A stretch of 64,000 bases of DNA from Nitrososphaerota archaeon (GTDB lineage: Archaea; Thermoproteota; Nitrososphaeria_A; Caldarchaeales; Calditenuaceae). The stretch's first letter is position 1. Each line of letters opens with the position of its first letter. Location of the stretch: positions 128,001 through 192,000 of the forward strand of contig JAVQSZ010000001.1 in assembly GCA_033581555.1 (NCBI GenBank), read 5' to 3'. Under the pieces are notes generated by a model. That model searched no databases, had not been told where the DNA came from, and worked only from the letters and a program-made list of their open reading frames with translations. Positions 57,481-64,000 of the stretch are shown in pieces. The position numbers and the translations under genes were made by a program.

Positions 57481-60400
57481 CAGGAGGGCGGTAGTGAGGG
57501 GGGTAGTCGGAGCGGCTTCGCTGGGAGTCTTCCTGGCAGGGTACTGGCACACCGTCGAGAGGATCGTGAAGCCGACCGCGCAGCTCTACAAGCCCGACAG
57601 GACCTTTGGGACGGGAGTAAGATACGTCTACACGTCCTGCCTCGGCTGCAACGTCAGGTGCGGGATCAGGGTGAGGGTCGCGACCGTCGACGGCATCGAG
57701 GTGATCGAGAGGATCGAGGGCAACCCGTACCATCCCTACAACAGGTACGTCTCGGTGGACCACCAGGTCAACAGGTACAGCGAGATCGATTACAGGACGT
57801 CGCCCAGCGAGGCGCTGAAGGTCGGGTCGACCCTTTGCGCCAGGGGTCAGGACGGCATCCACTACGTCTACGACCCCTACAGGATAGTCAAGCCCCTGAA
57901 GAGGGCTGGCCCGAGGGGGAGCGGCAAGTGGAAGGAGATCTCCTGGGAGCAGCTGATCAAGGAGGTCGTCGAGGGAGGGGTCATCGAGGAGACCGGCGAG
58001 AGGCTGCCGGGGATCAGGGAGATCTACGTCTTTGGGAGGCTGAGGGACGCGGGCTTCGAGAATCCGAACGACATCTTGACGGCGATCAGGCGCGACGCGG
58101 ACGAGCTGGTGAAGAAGGCGGCCGACCCCGCGGTCACCGCGGAGAAGCTCGACGAGCTGGTCAAAGCCTTCAAGGAGAAGTGGTCTAGGATCCTCGGCGA
58201 GAAGGGCGTCAAGCTCGAGGACGTCCTGATCGACCCTGACAACCCCGACCTCGGGACCAAGGCTAACATGCTCGTGTACATGAGGGGGAGGGGCCAGGAC
58301 AACGCCGACACCTTCGCGAACAGGTTCGTGAGGGCGGTCGGGAGCGTCAACTGGCTGAGGCACACCTCCTCTTGCCAGTTGGCCTTCTACGCGGGCAACT
58401 ACCTCTGGTCGGGCTTCTACGACATCAACGCGGACATCATGGGCGCGGAGGTCCTGATAATGGCCGGCGGGGCGCTGGGGAGGCTCCACCCGGGAGCCAC
58501 CGGACAGGGAGCCCTAATCGAAAGGGCCGCGAACGGCGAGGTCAAGGTCTACTACGTCAACCCGATCGGCCCGAGGGTCTCCGCGAACGGCAATATCGTC
58601 TGGGTCCCTGTTAAGCCGGGAACCGACGCGGCGCTCGCTCTAGCCGTCGCGCAGCTGATGATCAAGAACGGGTGGATCAACAGGGAGTTCCTCCAAGCGC
58701 CCTCCCTTAAGGCCGCTGAGAAGATAGGGTACCCGTACTGCAGCAACGCGACCTGGCTCGTCGTGATGGAGGAGAAGCACAAACTCTACGGGTCGTTCCT
58801 GACCGACACCGCGCTGGGGATCGGGGAAGACGGGAAGGCCGTCGTCAGGGCAGGGGAAGGGTTCGCGGTCCACGACGCCGTCGACAGGGCCGAGCTCGAG
58901 TTCTCGGGGAAGGTGAGACTCGCGACCGGGGAGGAGGTCCTGGTCAAGACCGCCTTCACGATCTTCAAGGAGACCGCGTTCAGCAGGACCGTAGAGGAGT
59001 GGGCGAAGATCTGCGGCGTCGACCCGAAGCTGATCGAGCAGATGGCAAGGGACTTCGGACAGGCCGCGCCGAGGGCCGCGACCTACATCCACAGAGGCGT
59101 GGCAATGCACCCGAACGGCGAGTACACCGTCTGGGCCCTGAGGAGCCTCGACATCCTGATCGGGAACTTCCACAGGATCGGGGGGATACTTGGGAGGCCG
59201 TCCCTGACATCTTACAACAACTACCTCTACAACTGCAGCGCGAGCGGTTACGGCGAGCCTGTCAGGTGGGGCCCGGCGATCGACAGGCACTACGCGGAGT
59301 ATGAGAAGACGCTCATGTACTACAGGAAGGTCAAGCGCGGCGAGAACCCATACCCCGCCAAGAGGCCCTGGTACCCGCTCTCGCCTGAGGAGAGCTACAC
59401 CGAGCTCTTCGCGGGCATCGACCAGGGCTACCCGTACCCTGTCAAGGTCCTGATATTGTACTTCGCGAACCCGGTGATCGCGACCAACTTCGGCGTCAAG
59501 TTCGTCGAGGTGCTGAAGGACACGAGGAAGCTCCCGCTCTTCATCGGGATAACCACCACCATCAACGAGACCTACCTCTACGCAGACTACCTAGTGCCGG
59601 ACACCACATACCTCGAGACCGGGACAATGGGCGTCCACTTCCTCTACGGAGGAGGCCTCGGGAGGCTCCTGGCCGAGTGTTGGAGGTCTCCTGTGATCAT
59701 GCCGCTCACCCAGAGGATCAGCGACAGCCCTGACGGGAAGCCCAGGTACGCCTCGTTCTGGGAGTTCTTCATAGACGTCGGGAAGGCCCTCGGCGCGGCT
59801 GGATTCGGCGAGAAGGCGATACCCGGCACCCCGCGGAGGAAGTATGAGGGGAAGTGGTTCCCGGTCCACAGCGCCTGGGACTACATCCTCAGGGTCTACG
59901 CCAACGGCGCCGCGAGCGCGATGGAGAGGGGGGTAGTCCCGAAGGAGATACCTGGGGAGGACGTGAGGTTCGTCGAGCAGAACTACCCGATCGCGAAGTT
60001 CAAGGACGTCCTCCCGGAGGACGAGTGGAGGGCGGCGGCCTACTGCCTCGCCAGGGGAGGGGTCTTCACCAAATACGAGGAGTCCTTCACCGAGAGGGGC
60101 TTCTCGAAGAGGAGCGTCCCGGGGACCAGAGTGTTACAACTCTGGCACGACAAGCTCGCGAAGACGCCCAACAGCGTCACCGGCAAGAAGTTCTGGGGCG
60201 GACCGGCGTACTTCGAGCCTGCGACCTACGCGCCAGTCAAGGCTGAGGCGAAAGGCGTGCCGTTCGCAGGTACCTCCCTGAGGGCCCTCTACCCGGAGAG
60301 CGAGTACCCGTTCCTCTTGACCTTCGAGTCAGGGCCGCTCTACACCAAGCACCGGAGCGCGAACTACTACTGGATCAAGACCATCCTGCCGGAGAACTTC

Positions 60401-60922
60401 GTGCTGATCAACAGGGAGGACGCAACGGTCCTCGGGATCAAGACAGGCGACGTAGTCCTGATCGAGAGCCCATACGGCTCGATCGAGGCCCCGGCCGTCG
60501 TGACCGCCTCGGTCGCGAAGGGCGTCGTCGCGGTGCCCTACGGGATGGGCAGGTGGGCGGAGACGGTCCTCGTCAGGCCGAACTACGTCAAGATGAAGAA
60601 GTCGCCGGAGGCCCTCAGGGAGCTACCTGAGAGGATGGTCGTCCCGGAGACCGCGGTCAACCCGGTCAAGCACCTCCCAGAGGTCGTCAAGAGGGTCCTC
60701 TTCACCGACAGGCCGAGTGACTACTACGTGAAGGGCCTCGCGGTTGACGAGTGGAGGTTCAACGGAGTCACTCCGAACCCGATCCAGCTTGGCGACGAGT
60801 CTCTCGGCGACTGGCCGATGGTCTCCTGGATCGGCGCGGGTCAGTCCTACTTCTACAACCCTGTGAAAATCGTGAAGACGGGGAAGGCGAAGAAGCTGCC
60901 CGCGCACCAGATCGTCTGGTGA
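57473..60922 (+). CDS. ttrA: Bis-MGD molybdoenzyme catalytic subunit, tetrathionate reductase (TtrA)-like
   Basis: Tat SRRAVV; FS0 CLGCNVRC...LCARG; GNPYHP; PLKRAGPRGSGKW; putative Mo-ligand Cys in HTSSCQ; ADYLVPDTTYLE. Confidence 0.85.
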   Translation: MVSRRAVVRGVVGAASLGVFLAGYWHTVERIVKPTAQLYKPDRTFGTGVRYVYTSCLGCNVRCGIRVRVATVDGIEVIERIEGNPYHPYNRYVSVDHQVNRYSEIDYRTSPSEALKVGSTLCARGQDGIHYVYDPYRIVKPLKRAGPRGSGKWKEISWEQLIKEVVEGGVIEETGERLPGIREIYVFGRLRDAGFENPNDILTAIRRDADELVKKAADPAVTAEKLDELVKAFKEKWSRILGEKGVKLEDVLIDPDNPDLGTKANMLVYMRGRGQDNADTFANRFVRAVGSVNWLRHTSSCQLAFYAGNYLWSGFYDINADIMGAEVLIMAGGALGRLHPGATGQGALIERAANGEVKVYYVNPIGPRVSANGNIVWVPVKPGTDAALALAVAQLMIKNGWINREFLQAPSLKAAEKIGYPYCSNATWLVVMEEKHKLYGSFLTDTALGIGEDGKAVVRAGEGFAVHDAVDRAELEFSGKVRLATGEEVLVKTAFTIFKETAFSRTVEEWAKICGVDPKLIEQMARDFGQAAPRAATYIHRGVAMHPNGEYTVWALRSLDILIGNFHRIGGILGRPSLTSYNNYLYNCSASGYGEPVRWGPAIDRHYAEYEKTLMYYRKVKRGENPYPAKRPWYPLSPEESYTELFAGIDQGYPYPVKVLILYFANPVIATNFGVKFVEVLKDTRKLPLFIGITTTINETYLYADYLVPDTTYLETGTMGVHFLYGGGLGRLLAECWRSPVIMPLTQRISDSPDGKPRYASFWEFFIDVGKALGAAGFGEKAIPGTPRRKYEGKWFPVHSAWDYILRVYANGAASAMERGVVPKEIPGEDVRFVEQNYPIAKFKDVLPEDEWRAAAYCLARGGVFTKYEESFTERGFSKRSVPGTRVLQLWHDKLAKTPNSVTGKKFWGGPAYFEPATYAPVKAEAKGVPFAGTSLRALYPESEYPFLLTFESGPLYTKHRSANYYWIKTILPENFVLINREDATVLGIKTGDVVLIESPYGSIEAPAVVTASVAKGVVAVPYGMGRWAETVLVRPNYVKMKKSPEALRELPERMVVPETAVNPVKHLPEVVKRVLFTDRPSDYYVKGLAVDEWRFNGVTPNPIQLGDESLGDWPMVSWIGAGQSYFYNPVKIVKTGKAKKLPAHQIVW

Positions 60923-60943
60923 CTCACCCGTAATAGAAGTCTG

Positions 60944-61480
60944 GTGAATTTTTTGCTTGACCCCTTTCAGAGGGCGAACCTCTATGTCTCGATTTTCACG
61001 CTCCTCCAGAGCCTAGCGGAGGGCTCAGAGCCGCCCGTTGAGGTGAGGGAGTTTCTCGAGGCGCTCGGCGTCGAGGTGCCGGAGTTAGACAGGACGGTGG
61101 CGAGGGAGCTGGGAAGGGTCGCCGCGAGGGACGTCCGGGTCGACTTGCCGGAGGGACTGAGGAGGCACCTCCACCTCCACTTGAGGTCCTTCGCGGAGAG
61201 GATGGGATACGAGGTCCCGGAGCCGGCCGACGGGCTCATCAATATGGTTGCACTCGCGGCCAGGCTCGCGATGGACGCCTTCACCGCAGGGGCAGGTGAC
61301 GCCGAGAGGGCGGAGGAGCTCGAGAGGGCCCTGTTGAGGTTCCTCATGACCCACTTGCTGCCGGTCCTCGAGGACCTGAGCGTCCCGGACGAGGGCCTGA
61401 GGAGGCTGATCGGTGGGGTCGTAGACCTGATTAAGGCTGACGTCGAGGACCTGAAGGCGAAGTTCACGGCCCGGAGCTGA
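60944..61480 (+). CDS. TorD/DmsD-like maturation chaperone
   Basis: EPADGL (cf. EPxDH), RFLMTHL; last gene of the operon. Confidence 0.65.
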   Translation: MNFLLDPFQRANLYVSIFTLLQSLAEGSEPPVEVREFLEALGVEVPELDRTVARELGRVAARDVRVDLPEGLRRHLHLHLRSFAERMGYEVPEPADGLINMVALAARLAMDAFTAGAGDAERAEELERALLRFLMTHLLPVLEDLSVPDEGLRRLIGGVVDLIKADVEDLKAKFTARS

Positions 61481-61482
61481 GG

Positions 61483-61554
61483 TGGACCGGGCGGGACTCG
61501 AACCCGCGACCTCCCGGGTGCAAACCGGGCGATCTGCCGCTGATCTACCGGCCC
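61483..61554 (-). tRNA. tRNA-Ala(TGC)
   Basis: Reverse complement GGGCCGGTAGATCAGCGGCAGATCGCCCGG TT TGC AC CCGGGAGGTCGCGGGTTCGAGTCCCGCCCGGTCCA; G3:U70 pair. Confidence 0.95.
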
Positions 61555-61607
61555 CTCGGCCGGAAACGCGAGACTCTCAATTTAGGTTTCGCGAACGAAA
61601 GGTTCCT

Positions 61608-62978
61608 TCACGAGTACCTCCTCAGGTACCTCTCGATCATGGGATGCCTCCTCAGCGACTCCTCGGTCATCCTCCTGACCTTCCCGAAGACCCTGGACTC
61701 GGTGAAGGGCCTGTCGAAGGCGCCGAAGCACCAGCTGATCCCGAGGTAGCTGTTCGGGTCGACGCCGTCGAGCCCGTACCTGTCGTTGAGGTAGACCGCG
61801 TACTCGAAGCCCGTCCTCGGGTCCTCGGTCCACTCAATCAGCCTCTTGCACCAGTACATCCGCATGTAGTTGTGGATCTTCCCGGTCCTCAGGAGCTCCC
61901 TCTGGGCGGCGTTCCAATACCTGTCGTGGGTCTGAGCCCTCTCCAGCTCCTCGAGGCTGTAGACGTGCTCGCGCCTGTCAGATGCGTGCTCCTCGAGCGT
62001 CCTCCTCGCCCAATCGGGGAGGCCTCCGAACCTCCCGAAGTCTGGGTTGTAGACCGCCGCGTTCCTCGCGAGCTCCCTCCACACGACCAGCTCGTCGATC
62101 AGTCTCCTCACGTTCTCGTCGTCCAGCTCGAAACGCTTAAGGGCCTCCTTGAGCACTTGGACCGGCGAGATCATCCCCCACCTGAGGTAAGGGCTGAGTT
62201 CCGAGGTCGCGTCGGCGCCGGGGTCCGACCTCCTCTCCGCGTAAAACCTCAACCTCTCCCGCACGAAGACCTCGAGCCGTCTGAGGGCCTCGTCCTCGCC
62301 CCCGACGTAATAGTCGACCGGCGGGACCGTCACGTCGATGTCCAGCTCGTTCAGGTAGTCCTCGACCGAGTCCTCGTCCCAGCTGGGGACGTCGACGTCA
62401 AGGGAGGGGGCCTTCAGCTCGAGCTGGGGAACCTCCTCGAGGAACCTCTGGAGGTTGTTCAGGATCTTGGGCCTGATCGTCCTCGCGTAGGGCTCGGCCT
62501 TAGCTGACGCGACCCCGACTGGGACCACGACGTCGCCCTCGACCATCACGACCGGCGCCTCTGCCCCTTCGACCGCCTCCCTTAGGAACCTCCTCTGGTG
62601 AGGGAGGTATGGCGAGTCCAGCACGACCAAGCACGACTCCCCGATCAATCGGGCGAAGTCGAAATTCCTCCCGACCACAAGCCTGATCCCCCTCGCGGCC
62701 AAGGACCTCCTTAGCTTCACCATCCCCTCGAGCATGAACCTGAACCTCCTCAGGTTTGGGTGGGGCTTCCTCTCGATCAGGGGGAACAGGACCAGCAAGG
62801 GCCTCCGGAGCTCGTTGGCCGCGTGGACCGCGTACTCGAGCGCGTAGTTGTGGACGGACCTGTGGGAAGCGTACATCAGGTACGAGGCGAACTCGCCCCG
62901 CGTCCTTGCGTCTCCATGCTTGAGCACGTGGACCCGCTCCTGCATGATGAAGCTCGGAGGACGAACCACGCGATTCAC
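61608..62978 (-). CDS. phr: Class II CPD photolyase
   Basis: SELSPYLRWG, ELVVWREL, THDRYWNAAQ, GKIHNYMRMYWCK, YLNDRYGLDGVDPNSY, VFGKVRRM. Confidence 0.93.
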   Translation of the reverse strand: MNRVVRPPSFIMQERVHVLKHGDARTRGEFASYLMYASHRSVHNYALEYAVHAANELRRPLLVLFPLIERKPHPNLRRFRFMLEGMVKLRRSLAARGIRLVVGRNFDFARLIGESCLVVLDSPYLPHQRRFLREAVEGAEAPVVMVEGDVVVPVGVASAKAEPYARTIRPKILNNLQRFLEEVPQLELKAPSLDVDVPSWDEDSVEDYLNELDIDVTVPPVDYYVGGEDEALRRLEVFVRERLRFYAERRSDPGADATSELSPYLRWGMISPVQVLKEALKRFELDDENVRRLIDELVVWRELARNAAVYNPDFGRFGGLPDWARRTLEEHASDRREHVYSLEELERAQTHDRYWNAAQRELLRTGKIHNYMRMYWCKRLIEWTEDPRTGFEYAVYLNDRYGLDGVDPNSYLGISWCFGAFDRPFTESRVFGKVRRMTEESLRRHPMIERYLRRYS

Positions 62979-63128
62979 TCTGGACTTCCTCGATAAATCC
63001 TCGGCTGGCGAACCGGGTCCTGGCTACGTGATGCGGGTCAGCGGCTCAAGACCTGCTCGCAATCCCCTGACAAGACTCCGAGACTTTGACGGACGCTCCT
63101 CGATCCGGGCACCGTTATTAGCGCGGCC

Positions 63129-63659
63129 CCGGACGTCTTAGTCAACAACGTCGGAGTCTACGAGACCAGGGACTTCTTCGAGGTCGATCCCGAGTTCCTA
63201 GAGCGGACGCTCGCGGTCAACCTCAAGTCCGCCTTCCTGATGTGCCAGCACATGATCAAGTCGAGGCAGAAGAGAGGAGGGGTCATAGTGAACGTGAGCT
63301 CGATCGAGGCGGTCCTGCACCTCGTGAAGGGGCTCACGCACTACAGCGTTAGCGAAATCGGCCTAGTCGCCCTTACCAGGAGCCTCGCGAGGTAGTACGG
63401 CGTACAGGGCTTCAGGGTGAACGCAGTCATGCCGGGAGGCATAAGGACGCCCGGGACCGACAGGCTGATGCGGGAGGCCCTGAAGAGGTTGCAGGTCGAC
63501 TTCTTCGTGACAGGGCTCAGTTACCTCCCAAGGGTACCGATGAGGAGGCTCGGGAGGCCCGATGAGGTCGCACGGGTCGTCCTGTTCCTGGCAACAGACT
63601 TAGCTAGTTATGTCAACGGCGCGGTAATAGTAGTGGACGGCGGGTTCCTGACCGATTAG
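63129..63659 (+). pseudogene. Short-chain dehydrogenase (SDR) remnant
   Basis: PDVLVNNVG...VIVNVSS...HYSVSEIG (YxxxK lost)...TRSLAR*YG.GFRVNAVMPG...VDGG; in-frame TAG at 63393-63395; no GxxxGxG N-terminus. Confidence 0.85.
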
Positions 63660-63660
63660 G

Positions 63661-63755
63661 TGCCCCGGCCGGGATTTGAACCCGGGTCACCGGCTTTCTT
63701 CAGTCCCGACCGCTTCGAGAGGCCGGTATACTTGACCGGACTATACTACCGGGGC
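63661..63755 (-). tRNA. tRNA-Glu(CTC) with 20-nt intron (63696-63715)
   Basis: Reverse complement GCCCCGG...CCGGC CT CTC G[intron]A GCCGG...GGTTCAAATCCCGG CCGGGGC A. Confidence 0.92.
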
Positions 63756-63917
63756 CTCCCGCCGTCTCCGTGAGCAACGTCATCTATTAGCGCTTTCCCT
63801 CTTGAGGCCTGTCCGAACTCGAGCCGGGACCGGACGGAGGCGAGCGGAGTCGACGGGGCGAGGAAGGGGCCCGGGGAACGAGGGCGGACTTGCTGGCCGC
63901 CGAGCTTGAACGCCGGC

Positions 63918-64000
63918 TCAACCAGCCTTGATCTCGACGACGTCGCCGTCGGAGAGGACGTGGTCCGGCCCGACCCTCTGGCCCTGGACCTTGACCGACC
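63918..64000 (-). CDS. C-terminal TGS domain of a DRG/OBG-family GTPase (partial)
   Basis: SVKVQGQRVGPDHVLSDGDVVEIKAG*. Confidence 0.8.
   Translation of the reverse strand, partial: SVKVQGQRVGPDHVLSDGDVVEIKAG

Noticed and set aside
30156-63395. Two in-frame TAG codons suggesting pyrrolysine or amber recoding
   Set aside because: Both lie in or beside genes with other lesions, TAG is used as a normal stop elsewhere in the window, and no pyl genes are seen
63790-63917. Purine-skewed GC-rich spacer upstream of tRNA-Glu as a possible ncRNA
   Set aside because: No recognisable SRP, RNase P or 5S features
1-64000. CRISPR array, IS element or provirus
   Set aside because: No regularly spaced repeats, transposase, integrase or viral structural genes recognised by eye

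Overview
High-GC archaeal chromosome segment. Its markers (Nop5, SmAP3, PAC2, GTPBP1-like GTPase, CdvB/CdvC ESCRT, archaeal DnaG, class I CCA enzyme, intron-containing tRNAs, heme O synthase) fit an aerobic or facultative TACK archaeon, most plausibly Aigarchaeota/Caldarchaeales; that placement is inferred, not searched. Most genes are housekeeping (translation, RNA modification, replication, central metabolism). Accessory content includes a TAXI-TRAP transporter, a ubiquitin-like/MoxR/DUF58 cluster, a branched-chain-acid catabolic cluster with two Cys-less thiolase-like proteins and two DUF35 partners, a TtrBCA-like molybdoenzyme operon, two UV-dimer repair enzymes and a second DNA ligase. 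There are four tRNAs (Ser-CGA, Trp-CCA and Glu-CTC with introns; Ala-TGC). Most notable: an AT-richer, doubly interrupted DprA(SLOG)+PRTase pair, a candidate defence module, between two inward-facing tRNAs; a ubiquitin-like protein with a GG-terminated extension after its GG; an orphan Nse1/kite-like protein; accessory genes ending within 1-2 nt of convergent tRNA 3' ends; and a split-MetE pair replacing the middle of the S13...rpoN-eno-S2 superoperon. No CRISPR array, integrase or transposase was seen.
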